From an uncultured Candidatus Entotheonella sp. (GTDB lineage Bacteria > Tectomicrobia > Entotheonellia > Entotheonellales > Entotheonellaceae), in contig OZ244252.1 of the NCBI GenBank assembly GCA_965217185.1, positions 3,904,001 through 3,968,000 of the forward strand: DNA of 64,000 nt, given 5' to 3'. A program made the translations under genes and the position numbers. Each line of letters starts with the position of its first letter. Positions within the stretch are counted from its first letter, which is position 1. The notes beneath the pieces are model-generated. The model had not been told where the DNA came from. It saw nothing but the letters and a program-made list of their open reading frames with translations, and made no database searches. Positions 9,864 through 19,369 of this stretch are shown one piece after another.

Positions 9864-11591
9864 GTGTTGAATACCGTTTTGCAACCCGTTTTACTGGGCG
9901 CTTTGGCGCTCCTGATGGCCTGCATCCCGGCGCTGGCCCAACCCATGGCCGACTCGCCGCGGCAGGCCGTCCTGACGCTGATCGGCCGCTACGCCGAAAA
10001 CCAGGAATTGGACGCCGGCATGGCCGAAATCGTGGCCTGGCACCAGGCCAGCCACAGCATCCTGGTCATCAACGCCAAGGACGCCAGCGTGGACGTTCTG
10101 GACGCCAGCATGCTGACGAGCGCCGCCTTGGACAGCCCGCTGAGCGGGTCCAATCTGACTCGTCGGGGACGCATCCAGGTGGGCCGCGACGTGAGCATTG
10201 CGGCGGGCAGCGTCAACAGCGTGGCGGTCCGCGGCTCCCTGATGGCGGTGGCGGTGGAACACGACGACAAGCAGGCCGACGGCGTCATCGCCTTTTACAC
10301 CCTGGGCGGCGGCAAGGCCGCGTTTCAGAAACAGGTCGCCGCCGGGCCGCTGCCGGACAGCGTTGCTTTCACGCCGGACGGCGCCACCCTGTTGGTTGCC
10401 AACGAGGGGGAGCCGTCGGACGATTACACCCGTGACCCCGAGGGTTCGGTGACCCTCATTGCCGTGCGCGACGGCGTGGCCGCCGACACCGGCACTCGAG
10501 TCGGCTTTGCGGACTTCAACGCGGGCGGCGGTCGTGCGGACGAGCTGGGCGACGGGGTGCGCATTTCCCATCCCAAGGCCAGCGTAGCCCAGGACCTCGA
10601 GCCGGAATTCGTCGCCGTGTCGGCCGACAACACGACGGCCTACGTCAGCCTGCAGGAAAACAACGCCCTGGCGGTCATCGACATTGCCGGTCGCCAGGCG
10701 CGCCGCATCATCGGCCTTGGCGCCAAGGACCACGGCGCGGCGGGCAACGGCCTCGACACCAGCAACAAGGACGGCGCCATCAACATCCGCACCGTGGACG
10801 GCCTGACGGGCCTGTACATGCCGGACACCATCGCTGCCTTTGCCCACGACGGCGCGAACTACGTTCTGACGGCCAACGAGGGCGATGCACGCGAGTATTT
10901 CTTCGATGCCGACGAGGCCGCCTGCAGCGCCGCCGGCAGCATGGACTGGGACGAGGACGACGGCTGCCTGGCCTGGAGCGATGAGAAGCGGGTGCGCAAG
11001 CTGGAGCTTGACGCGACGGTCTTCCCGGACGCTAAGTCCCTGCAGAAGAAGAAAAACCTGGGGCGCCTCAAGGCCGTGGCCACCGAGGGCGACATCGACG
11101 GGGACGGCGACCACGACGCGATTGTCGCCTTTGGGGCGCGCTCGTTCAGCATCTGGGATGCCGACAGCGGCGAGCAGGTGTTCGATTCCGGCGATGATTT
11201 CGAGCGCATCACCGCCGAGGCGCTCGGCACCACGGGCTTCAACGCCACCGACGACGAAAACGGCTTCGACGACCGCTCCGACGACAAAGGCCCGGAACCA
11301 GAAGCCCTGGCCGTCGGTGAGGTTGGCGGCAGGCGCTACGCCTTCATCGGCCTGGAGCGCACTGGCGGCATCGTGGTTTACGACATCACCCAGCCGTCGG
11401 CAGCGGCGTTCGTGCAATACGTCACCAACCGCAACTACACGGTGGACATCGAAGACAATCTTCCGCAGGCTGGCGACTTGGCGCCGGAGGGCATGACGTT
11501 CGTTCCCGCCGCCGACAGTCCCACCGGTCACGCGCTGTTGATCGTTGGCAACGAGGTGTCCGGCACCGTGGCGGTGTACGAAGTCCGGTGA
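9864..11591 (+). CDS. Choice-of-anchor I family, alkaline-phosphatase-associated beta-propeller protein
   Basis: Signal peptide; LPD..FTPDG..VANEGEP, DLEPE, LQENNA, YMPD, RSDDKGPEPE, IGLERTGG, GNEVSGT; RBS GGAGG. Confidence 0.85.
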   Translation: MLNTVLQPVLLGALALLMACIPALAQPMADSPRQAVLTLIGRYAENQELDAGMAEIVAWHQASHSILVINAKDASVDVLDASMLTSAALDSPLSGSNLTRRGRIQVGRDVSIAAGSVNSVAVRGSLMAVAVEHDDKQADGVIAFYTLGGGKAAFQKQVAAGPLPDSVAFTPDGATLLVANEGEPSDDYTRDPEGSVTLIAVRDGVAADTGTRVGFADFNAGGGRADELGDGVRISHPKASVAQDLEPEFVAVSADNTTAYVSLQENNALAVIDIAGRQARRIIGLGAKDHGAAGNGLDTSNKDGAINIRTVDGLTGLYMPDTIAAFAHDGANYVLTANEGDAREYFFDADEAACSAAGSMDWDEDDGCLAWSDEKRVRKLELDATVFPDAKSLQKKKNLGRLKAVATEGDIDGDGDHDAIVAFGARSFSIWDADSGEQVFDSGDDFERITAEALGTTGFNATDDENGFDDRSDDKGPEPEALAVGEVGGRRYAFIGLERTGGIVVYDITQPSAAAFVQYVTNRNYTVDIEDNLPQAGDLAPEGMTFVPAADSPTGHALLIVGNEVSGTVAVYEVR

Positions 11592-11642
11592 GGCACCATC
11601 GGTGTCCATATTCCCTGATCCACGAACCAAGAAAGGAGGAAC

Positions 11643-12032
11643 GTGATGCACAACATCGTTCACAACGTTGGGGTTGCCTCGCAGATCGGCAGCTACAGCG
11701 ACGCGATTGAAGTGCCGCCGGGCGCCCGTTGGCTGTTCACCTCGGGGACGCCGGGCCTTGCCCTGGACGGTGGGTTGCCGGCCGACGTTGCCGGCCAGGC
11801 CGAGCTGGCCTGGGGCCACATTGTGAACACGCTCAAGTCGGCGGGCATGACGGTCAACGATTTGGTCAAAGTAACCCACTACCTGCTGCACGAGCAGGAC
11901 ATCCCGGATTATGTCAAGGTCCGATCCCGTTTCCTGGGCGACGCGCGACCGGCATCGATGTTGCTCACCGGTGCCGGTTTGGTAAGGAGCGAGTTTCTGC
12001 TCGAGATTGAGGCCGTCGCGGCAAAGGTCTAG
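11643..12032 (+). CDS. RidA/YjgF family protein
   Basis: YSDA..LFTSG, RPAS, LLEIEAVA; RBS AAGGAGG. Confidence 0.88.
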   Translation: MMHNIVHNVGVASQIGSYSDAIEVPPGARWLFTSGTPGLALDGGLPADVAGQAELAWGHIVNTLKSAGMTVNDLVKVTHYLLHEQDIPDYVKVRSRFLGDARPASMLLTGAGLVRSEFLLEIEAVAAKV

Positions 12033-12134
12033 GCTCGGCGAACGCGGTCTGTCTATTCGGTGCGGGACAAGGAACCCGGCTTGTTGTTGCTGCGGCGAGT
12101 GGCGCCGTCATGGCCGGGCCTACCCGCCGGCGGG

Positions 12135-12298
12135 AAATGATTCACCCCCCTTTGAAGCGGTTCCAGTTCGGTGTGGCACGTAACAATGCGAGCCCAGCGG
12201 CCAAATGTTCCCTCAGCCTGGGATGACCGTGCTCTGGCGCGAACCACTGGAAGTATCTGTTCTTTAATCGACCGCTGGCCAATCCCGGGGTTTTCCGT
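12135..12298 (-). pseudogene. 3' fragment of a P63C-domain gene
   Basis: KTP..SGRLKNRYFQWFAPEHGHPRLREHL..LLRATPNWNRFK resembles the P63C C-terminus; no start codon; abuts the porin stop. Confidence 0.6.
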
Positions 12299-13693
12299 TC
12301 AGAACTCCCAGCGCAAGCGCATTCCCACACCGTCCACCGTACCGCCTTCCTGGTTTCTCCGTTCGTCCAGATTGTCGACTTCGGCATGGACGTAGTTCAA
12401 CGACAAGCGGACATAGGGGTTGAAATACCAGTTCAACGCCAGCGAGACATTATTGCTGACGCCGCCGCGAACCCCGCCCACGAGGTCGTCAACCTCGTCG
12501 TCGAGATCGATACGGCTGACGCGTGCCGCGACTTCAAACGCACCCCAGCCGCCGCTGCCCCACGGATCGAACTCGCGATGCGGCGTCACGCGCCAGAACG
12601 AGCCGAGGCGCTGATAGTAATTGCGCGACTCACCGGTCAGGAAATAACTGCCAAGCAGGTAGTAGCCGTTGAACGACAGGTCGGGATAGGCGGCGCCGCC
12701 CGGGCCGGCGTCGCGGTCGATGCCGACGCGCTGAAGCTCGCCCTGAACCGACCACCGCCCGTAGACGCCGGCGAGTTCCAGCGCCGTGTAATGGTAGCTG
12801 TCGATATACCCGATGCGCCCCGTGTCCACGACGATGCCCTCCTCATCGATACGGAGTTCCGGGCGGGCTCCGAAGCGCTCGCCACCGCTGGCCTCCCCTT
12901 CCAAGATGGTGGGCTTGCGCCAATAGCCGGCGAGGCCGAAGTGAAGCGCCTTCGTTCGCTCGACGATGGGTGCGTAGGTTGCGCGGCCATGCACGCCATA
13001 GCCTTCCCGGTCATCGCCCATCTCCTTGACGGGCACGCTCCAGACGCCGAGCCGGACATTGTGATGGGCGCCGCGGTGCGATACCGAGGCACCGAGCGAG
13101 GGCGTGCCCGGCGCGTAGGCGAAGGCGCCCGAGGACATCGACTCCTCCATGAACGCGCGTATGCCGCGTGCCGCGTCGAGGGGCGACGCGACGTTGTGCT
13201 GGCCGACTCGTATCCACCACGGATCGAAACCGCGGTAAATGATCACAACGGAACGCAGGCCGTCGCTGAAACGGTCGTCGCGATCAGTGAAGTTCCACGA
13301 CCCGAAGACAATGAAGTCCTTGTAGAGTAGCGCGTTGGCGAGCAGGACCGCGCGCCGGTCGCGCACGCCGTCTTCAAGATTGTCGATTGCCGTGCCGCCG
13401 CGTGTGCCCGATTTCCCATAGTGTCCGGCATCGAAGTCGAGCAGCAAACCGGCGCCGACGCTGAGGTTGCCGTCGCGGCTGGTGTAGCGCGGCAGCGGGC
13501 CGAAGAACGCCCTCTCCGGGTCGTAGGCGCGGGTACCGGCGCCTACGAGCGCCTTGTCTTCGACGGCTTCTTCTCGGTCTGTCGGTGCAGTTTGCTCCTG
13601 CGTTGCGGTAGACACCGCAACGAGCGATACCATGACCAGGACGGCCATGAAGATGACGCATTTATACGACACGTGTTCGAGTCCTTTTCCCAT
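12299..13693 (-). CDS. OprO/OprP-family phosphate-selective porin
   Basis: Signal peptide; AFMEE, ARPE, LTGESRNY, GAFEVAARVS, LNWYFNPY; terminal Phe. Confidence 0.82.
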   Translation of the reverse strand: MGKGLEHVSYKCVIFMAVLVMVSLVAVSTATQEQTAPTDREEAVEDKALVGAGTRAYDPERAFFGPLPRYTSRDGNLSVGAGLLLDFDAGHYGKSGTRGGTAIDNLEDGVRDRRAVLLANALLYKDFIVFGSWNFTDRDDRFSDGLRSVVIIYRGFDPWWIRVGQHNVASPLDAARGIRAFMEESMSSGAFAYAPGTPSLGASVSHRGAHHNVRLGVWSVPVKEMGDDREGYGVHGRATYAPIVERTKALHFGLAGYWRKPTILEGEASGGERFGARPELRIDEEGIVVDTGRIGYIDSYHYTALELAGVYGRWSVQGELQRVGIDRDAGPGGAAYPDLSFNGYYLLGSYFLTGESRNYYQRLGSFWRVTPHREFDPWGSGGWGAFEVAARVSRIDLDDEVDDLVGGVRGGVSNNVSLALNWYFNPYVRLSLNYVHAEVDNLDERRNQEGGTVDGVGMRLRWEF

Positions 13694-13748
13694 TCATATC
13701 CTTCCGAGCAATGAGCCTGATCAATGGCCCGAAGTTTAGCAGCGTGTC

Positions 13749-14639
13749 CTACCGCGCCGGCACGTAGCATTGGTACCAGGCGATGGTTTCGCGCATCACT
13801 TCGGAGAAGGCGGGCTCGTTATAGACTTCGTAATGGCCGTAGCCTTTGAGGGTCACGAGTTTCTTGGGCTCGCCGGCGCGCTCGTACAGGGCAATCGACT
13901 CTTCCGGCGGCACCAGACGATCCTGGTCGCTGGTGATGAACAGCGCGGCGCGTGGCGCGATCTTGTCGACCACCCATTCGGGGTTGAAGACGAGCGTTTC
14001 GTCGACATAATCGAGGGGCAAGGTGCCGACCGCCGCCGGATTGTTTTGGCGCGCCGCGGTGGCAAGTTCGAGCGATTGGCGATCGGGCAACAGCACGGTG
14101 TTTCGCTCGACGTAGGTTGACTCGCCGGTGCGCAGGCGGTGCTCGCGATCGGCGGCGCTCTGCTCCAGCAGGTCGAACCATTCGTCGGGCCGCCGGACGC
14201 TGCGCATCCAGCGCTTGCCGTGGCCGATCCCGACCACCGAGACCATGCACTTGACGCGCTCATCGACGGCGGCGAGCCACACCACCGTGGCGCCGCCATA
14301 GCTCGTGCCGTACACGCCAAGGCGCTCCGCGTCGACCTCCGGCTGCAGGGCGAGAAAGGTGAGCGCGGTTTGCGCATCGGCCACGCGGCCGTGCGGATTG
14401 AGGTGACCCTTCGGTCCTTCACTCTCGCCCCAGCCCTTGTAGTCGAACGCCAGCACGACATAGCCTTCCGCGACCAACGCCGCCGCATTGTCCGGCAGAT
14501 ACAAATCTTTCACGCCCGTATAGCCGTGGCACAGCAAAATCCCCGCCCGCGTCTCGCCGTCGCCGAGATCGTCCGGACGGTAGAGATCGCCCATCAACTT
14601 GCAGCCTTGGGAATAAAATGTCACCGCCTGCTTGCTCAT
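13749..14639 (-). CDS. Alpha/beta-fold hydrolase
   Basis: CHGY, FDYKGWGES, nucleophile GTSYGG, D and H triad residues. Confidence 0.88.
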   Translation of the reverse strand: MSKQAVTFYSQGCKLMGDLYRPDDLGDGETRAGILLCHGYTGVKDLYLPDNAAALVAEGYVVLAFDYKGWGESEGPKGHLNPHGRVADAQTALTFLALQPEVDAERLGVYGTSYGGATVVWLAAVDERVKCMVSVVGIGHGKRWMRSVRRPDEWFDLLEQSAADREHRLRTGESTYVERNTVLLPDRQSLELATAARQNNPAAVGTLPLDYVDETLVFNPEWVVDKIAPRAALFITSDQDRLVPPEESIALYERAGEPKKLVTLKGYGHYEVYNEPAFSEVMRETIAWYQCYVPAR

Positions 14640-14737
14640 CGCTGCCTCTCTATGGTCTTGATGAAGTTACGCACTTGGCACCTTGTTAACCCATCTGGAG
14701 GTGTCTCTTCCAGAAGTAGTCGCCTGGACGAATGTCG

Positions 14738-14763
14738 GTCGGATTAGCGAAGCGTAATCCGAC
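14738..14763. repeat. REP-like palindrome GTCGGATTA-GCGAAGCG-TAATCCGAC
   Basis: Perfect 9-bp inverted repeat with GCGAAGC loop, intergenic. Confidence 0.6.
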
Positions 14764-14907
14764 ATGCCTCTGCGAAAACCCGACGCCCCGGCACTGCATC
14801 GCCGTCCAAGGGGCGGACTGTTCCCATAGCGCCGAGACTGAGGACGTCGCCGGGACGCAACCGCTGCCATGGGTCGTTGACGTGTTTGCAAGTAGTATGT
14901 GAGGGGT

Positions 14908-14944
14908 ACTTGTTATTTGCAAGTGATTCCAAAGCCGGTATGCT
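14908..14944 (+). promoter_or_regulatory. Putative autoregulatory operator (ACTTG-N7-CAAGT) overlapping a -35/-10 promoter of the HxlR gene
   Basis: Palindrome 14908-14924; TTGCAA 14917; TATGCT 14939-14944, 6 nt before the ATG (probably leaderless). Confidence 0.45.
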
Positions 14945-14950
14945 AGGCAC

Positions 14951-15367
14951 ATGATTTACGAATCCAATCAATGCCCAATCCGGTTTGTGCTCGGCGTCTT
15001 CGGGGATCGCTGGTCGTTGTTGATTATCCGCGACTTGATGTTTCGCGGCTCTACCCGGTTTCAGGATTTCCTGGATGCCGGTGAAGGCATTTCGACCAAC
15101 GTGCTGTCCGACCGGCTGCGTCGACTTGAAACGCGGCGCATCATCAGCCGGAAAAAGGATCCGGCCAACGGGCGCCAAGTCCTGTACGAGCTGACTGACA
15201 AGGGCAGGGATTTGCTCCCCGTCATGCTGGCGATGATGGACTGGGCCGAAAAGTATGATCCGGAGAGCAATGTTTCCGGCGAGTTGGCCGAACGAATACG
15301 GACTGATTTTTTCGGGGTCCGCGACGAGATGCTGGCCGCCATCAATCATTCAAGCCCGGCAACTTGA
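14951..15367 (+). CDS. HxlR/MarR-DUF24 winged-helix regulator
   Basis: CPI..GDRWSLLIIRDL..RFQDF..GIS..L..RL..YELT.KG. Confidence 0.9.
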   Translation: MIYESNQCPIRFVLGVFGDRWSLLIIRDLMFRGSTRFQDFLDAGEGISTNVLSDRLRRLETRRIISRKKDPANGRQVLYELTDKGRDLLPVMLAMMDWAEKYDPESNVSGELAERIRTDFFGVRDEMLAAINHSSPAT

Positions 15368-15481
15368 GTCGCGCATGGGCAATGGCGCCAAGTAGACGTG
15401 GTGCGACCGGCCCGTCGCCGCCGGTTGGGTGCGCCGCGTTGTTAGTTACGATAAATCCAGTGAGGTAGGGGAGGAAGTACC

Positions 15482-16465
15482 TTGGCCGAAAGGACAGTAA
15501 AAGCGATCCGTATTCACGAGACGGGTGGGCCCGACGTCATGCGTTGGGAGGACGTATCGGTCGGCGATCCGGGCGCGGGCGAGGTCCGCCTCCGTCATAC
15601 CGCAGTCGGCCTGAACTATATCGATATCCAACAACGGTCCGGCGGCTATCCGATGAACGACTTGCCCGTCGTCTTGGGCATGGAAGGCGCCGGGGTGATC
15701 GATGCGGTCGGGCCTGAGGTGGCCGGTTTTGCTACTGGCGACCGCGTTTCCTATTGCATGGTGCGCGGCAGCTATTCCGAACAACGGCCGATCGGCGCCA
15801 ATCATCTGATCAAGCTGGATGACAGGACGACCGAAGAGACCGCCGCGGCGGCGACGCTCCAGGGCCTGACGGCGCATTATCTGGTGCGCGACCTCTATAA
15901 GGTGAAACCCGGAGACACAGCGCTGGTCCATGCCGCCGCCGGCGGTGTCGGCCTGCTGCTCTGCCAATGGGCGAAGCATCTGGGCGCAACCGTCATCGGC
16001 ACGGTGGGAAGCAAGGAAAAAGCCGCTCTGGCCCAGGCTCACGGATGCGATCACCCGGTCCTTTATCGCGAGGTTGATTTCGGCGAAGCGGTGCTCGATC
16101 TCACGCAAGGAAAGGGCGCCAACGTCATTTATGACGCCGTCGGCAAGGACACGTTTGATAAAGGAATCGACGTACTGGCCGAACGCGGCTGGATGGTTTC
16201 CTTTGGCCAATCCTCGGGGCCGGCGCCGCTGCTGAATACCGCCCGCCTGGCGATGAAAGCGCAAAACGTGACACGCGGTGGCCTGTATTTCTTCGTGAAG
16301 GACCCCGAGATTCGAGCGCGCAACGCCGCCGAGCTTTTCGGCTTGATCGCCGACGGTGTTTTGAAAGTCGAGATCAACCAGCGGTACAAGTTGAGCGATA
16401 CGGCACAGGCCCACGCCGACCTGGAAGCGCGCAAGACCACCGGCTCAACCATCCTGATGCCGTAG
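15482..16465 (+). CDS. NADPH:quinone oxidoreductase (zeta-crystallin family)
   Basis: GGPDV, GLNYID, LGMEGAG, HAAAGGVG, RKTTGS. Confidence 0.9.
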   Translation: MAERTVKAIRIHETGGPDVMRWEDVSVGDPGAGEVRLRHTAVGLNYIDIQQRSGGYPMNDLPVVLGMEGAGVIDAVGPEVAGFATGDRVSYCMVRGSYSEQRPIGANHLIKLDDRTTEETAAAATLQGLTAHYLVRDLYKVKPGDTALVHAAAGGVGLLLCQWAKHLGATVIGTVGSKEKAALAQAHGCDHPVLYREVDFGEAVLDLTQGKGANVIYDAVGKDTFDKGIDVLAERGWMVSFGQSSGPAPLLNTARLAMKAQNVTRGGLYFFVKDPEIRARNAAELFGLIADGVLKVEINQRYKLSDTAQAHADLEARKTTGSTILMP

Positions 16466-16485
16466 GGCGAATAAGGGATTAAATC

Positions 16486-17274
16486 ATGCTTCCACAAGCT
16501 TTTGACGTGACCGACAAAGTGGTTTTCATTACCGGAGCGGGGCGGGGCATCGGCAAGGGCATTGCCCAAGTGCTCGCCGAGGCCGGCGCCGACGTGGCGA
16601 TCAACTCGCTGACCCCGCGCTACGTCGAGGGCGTTGCGGCCGAGATCGCCGAAGCCAGCGGCCGCAAGGTGGTACCGGTGATCGAGGACGTCACCAACAC
16701 CGACGGTGTGCAACGGGCGATCGACTTGGTCATGGAGACCTTTGGGCGCATTGACGTTCTGATCAATAATCTGGGTGACGCCATTTACAAGCCGCTGGTG
16801 GCTCTGCCTGGGCAAGAAACGGCTGCCCTGACCGACGAGGAACTCAACCGCGTCATGGACGTCAATCTCACCGAGGCGATCCTGTGCACCCGCGCCGTCG
16901 GGCCGCACATGCTGGAGCGCCGATCGGGCAAGGTGATCAACATTTCGTCCTGGACCGCCCGGCAAGGCGGCGGCGACATGGTGGTGTACTCAATTGCCAA
17001 AACGGGTTTGGCCGGCTTTACGCGGGCGCAGGCGCTCGAATGGGCGCCGTATGGGGTGCACGTGAACAGTATCGCGCCGGGCATTTTCCCCGATCCGGTG
17101 ACGGTCGGCGACGACGGCATGCAGCGAGCCACGGACATGGCGGCGCGCCGCGTGCCCTTGACACGCCCCGGCAAACTGCGCGAGGTGGGCTATCTGGCGC
17201 TCTATCTCGCGTCGGCCGCGTCCGATTACATGACCGGACAGACCATTTTTCTGGATGGTGGCATGAGTCTGTAG
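16486..17274 (+). CDS. Short-chain dehydrogenase/reductase
   Basis: TGAGRGIG, YSIAK, DGG. Confidence 0.9.
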   Translation: MLPQAFDVTDKVVFITGAGRGIGKGIAQVLAEAGADVAINSLTPRYVEGVAAEIAEASGRKVVPVIEDVTNTDGVQRAIDLVMETFGRIDVLINNLGDAIYKPLVALPGQETAALTDEELNRVMDVNLTEAILCTRAVGPHMLERRSGKVINISSWTARQGGGDMVVYSIAKTGLAGFTRAQALEWAPYGVHVNSIAPGIFPDPVTVGDDGMQRATDMAARRVPLTRPGKLREVGYLALYLASAASDYMTGQTIFLDGGMSL

Positions 17275-17299
17275 GGTGTTGTGCCTTTGGAGGGCGGAG

Positions 17300-17500
17300 A
17301 TGGCGCTGGAGATGAGAACGGTGTGCGAGAGGTGTCACGCGCCGCTGACGCACGTGTCGGAGGCGTTCATTTGTTCCTACGAGTGCACCTTCTGCCCGAG
17401 GTGCACGGCCTCGATGGATGCCACCTGCCCCAATTGCAGTGGCGAGTTGGCCAGGCGCCCGATCCGACGGCCCGATCGCGAGGCCACGGGCGTCCGTTAA
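17300..17500 (+). CDS. DUF1272 family Cys-rich small protein
   Basis: MALEMR..CERC..ICSYECTFC..C..CPNC.GEL..RP. Confidence 0.85.
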   Translation: MALEMRTVCERCHAPLTHVSEAFICSYECTFCPRCTASMDATCPNCSGELARRPIRRPDREATGVR

Positions 17501-17585
17501 TCAGCTAATCAGCGGCAACTAAATTCTCAAAAGTTCATTCTGGATGCCCTGGGGCATTCCTGTTTGTGAGGGAATCCTGCGGCCA

Positions 17586-17613
17586 TGTTCCGATATGGCG
17601 GGTTATGTCACCT
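17586..17613 (+). other. XerC/XerD dif-like recombination site 1
   Basis: TGTTCCGATAT-GGCGGG-TTATGTCACCT; 11-6-11 architecture; right arm 8/11 to TTATGTTAAAT. Confidence 0.5.
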
Positions 17614-17647
17614 TGGCCCCTTTGACGCCCCGGAACAGCCCAAGGGT

Positions 17648-18010
17648 TCAAAAGGGCAGGGGCAATTCTGTCAACGGCCCTGCGGCCGCCTCCGGCGGTT
17701 CCGCCACCGCTCGGAGTTTCTTGAGGCGAAACGCGCAAATCTCCTCGACCTGCTGCGCCACCGGAGAGAAGCGGCGGCTGAGGGGCAGGTGGTCCAGCCA
17801 CACCTGATACGCCGCCTGCAGGTCGATCAGGGTCTGAACGGCGTCGTTCCATTGCTGCTGCCGAGACCTGCGACCGCGCGGACGTCGATTCTGGCGCTCC
17901 GCCTTCTGTTGTTGCTGCGTCCCGGCCGGTTTCGGTCACCCGACGGCACCCGAAACCATCCCTGGCAGCCACGGGCCGGCGGTGTCGGTCTTGCCCTGGT
18001 CCTTTGCCAT
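17648..18010 (-). pseudogene. Small hypothetical gene with in-frame TGA at 17936-17938
   Basis: One frame reads MAKDQGK..GAVG*PKP..RSRQQQWNDAVQTLIDLQAAYQVWLDHLP..EICAFRL to a stop at 17648. Confidence 0.5.
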
Positions 18011-18064
18011 GCCTCGGTTTCCCCTACTGATTCCCAGCTTCCGAACAGAACAGGAAAGACGCTG

Positions 18065-18385
18065 TCAACCTGCGGTCTTTCGGACGGGCTCGTAGCGCTG
18101 CACGGTGATATCGTCCGCACGGGCGCGCATCCGACAGGCATCGTGCCACGCCTGCATCCGTAGCAGCATCTCCATGTTCACGTCAAAGGCTTTCTCGATG
18201 CGCAGGGCCATCTTCGCTGTCAACGCCGTGTTGCCGTTGAGCAAGTCCGAAAGCGTCGCCCGGCGGACGCCCAGAATCCTGGCGGTCTTCGTCACGTTCA
18301 GACTCAACTCCTCGATCACTTCTTTGCGGATGAAGTCGCCGGGATGCGAAGGGGTCATGTTGACCTTGATGCCGCCAGTGCTCAT
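18065..18385 (-). CDS. higA: HigA family antitoxin
   Basis: HPGDFI, HTH, MALRIEKAF..LLRMQ. Confidence 0.9.
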   Translation of the reverse strand: MSTGGIKVNMTPSHPGDFIRKEVIEELSLNVTKTARILGVRRATLSDLLNGNTALTAKMALRIEKAFDVNMEMLLRMQAWHDACRMRARADDITVQRYEPVRKTAG

Positions 18386-18675
18386 CAGTGGTAGTCCTCC
18401 AGGTTCAGACGGCTGATCCGGCCATCACTTTCCTCGAACGTGATGCGCCAATTATCGGATACCGAAACACTCCATTCGTTACGCCGGTCGCCCGAAAGTC
18501 GATGGACGCGCCAGCCGGGCGGCGCCTGGGCAATAAACCCGTCAATGTGCTCGGCCAGGATCAGCACCGTCAGGATATTGCGCACCCTGCCGACCAGATC
18601 CTGCGACAGGAATCGAGAGTTATCGTCTTCAAGAAGTTGGCGTAGTCCCCGGTGGCGGACGGAGTGAATGATCAT
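18385..18675 (-). CDS. higB: HigB (RelE-like) toxin
   Basis: HRGLRQL..HRLSGDR..WSVSVSDNWRITF..LEDYH; toxin precedes antitoxin. Confidence 0.9.
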   Translation of the reverse strand: MIIHSVRHRGLRQLLEDDNSRFLSQDLVGRVRNILTVLILAEHIDGFIAQAPPGWRVHRLSGDRRNEWSVSVSDNWRITFEESDGRISRLNLEDYH

Positions 18676-18742
18676 GCCGCCCACTGTACGGTTTCAGCGT
18701 TCACCCAACAAGTGTTTTTTCAGCTGCGGCTACCCCATCGCA

Positions 18743-18771
18743 ACTTCGCGTAACCCCGTCTTATGTCAACT
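18743..18771 (+). other. XerC/XerD dif-like recombination site 2
   Basis: ACTTCGCGTAA-CCCCGTC-TTATGTCAACT; arms closely match dif/pdif consensus; spacer 7 nt (includes a C-run). Confidence 0.55.
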
Positions 18772-18789
18772 TTCGAAGGGCACCACGGG

Positions 18790-19216
18790 TCAGTTTCGGA
18801 ACGGCATAACGTATTTTTCCCAAGTATTCGCGTGCAAGCTCCTGCGCGCGAACTCGTTCTTCGCGGGTCATGGACCCAGCGACATGCTCCTTGTCTTCCT
18901 TGGCAAGTTCGTTGCCCTGAGCGGCAGCGATGTTGAACCAAGCGTAGGCTTGCACATCGTCTTCTGGCACGCCCCTGCCATTGTCGTACATGGCGCCTAG
19001 GCTCTTTTACGCCAATGCGTTGCCTTGTTCGGCTGCCTTGCGATACCATTTCACGGCCTCGATATCGTCTTCCGGCACGCCCTCGCCGTTGTTATACATG
19101 ACGCCCAAATTGAATTGCGCATCGGCGTGACCCCGTTCGGCGGCCTTGCGAAGCCATTTTGCGGCCTCGGTATTGTCCTGCTGCACATCTCTGCCAGTGG
19201 CATACATGACACCTAA
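18790..19216 (-). pseudogene. Sel1-like repeat protein, 5'-truncated by IS, with in-frame TAA at 19007
   Basis: LGVMY..G.GVPEDD.EAVKWYRKAAEQG repeats continue in frame across the TAA; 5' part replaced by an IS end. Confidence 0.85.
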
Positions 19217-19369
19217 GCTCGACTTTGTACAAAATGAGGAGGGCTCCAGGGACATCGCTGCCGTATTGTAGGATGGTAGGTTCCACGCAACCATCTTGCA
19301 GTGAGGTCAGCAATGCTCCCTTCAGCACGCCCTGGCACACCCTCCTGGCGCCCTTTCAAAGTCTCTTTA

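Noticed and set aside
6686..11891. Long antisense ORFs (6686..8203, 9891..11891 and many similar elsewhere)
   Set aside because: They shadow well-supported genes on the other strand, as expected in GC-rich DNA, and have no recognisable motifs.
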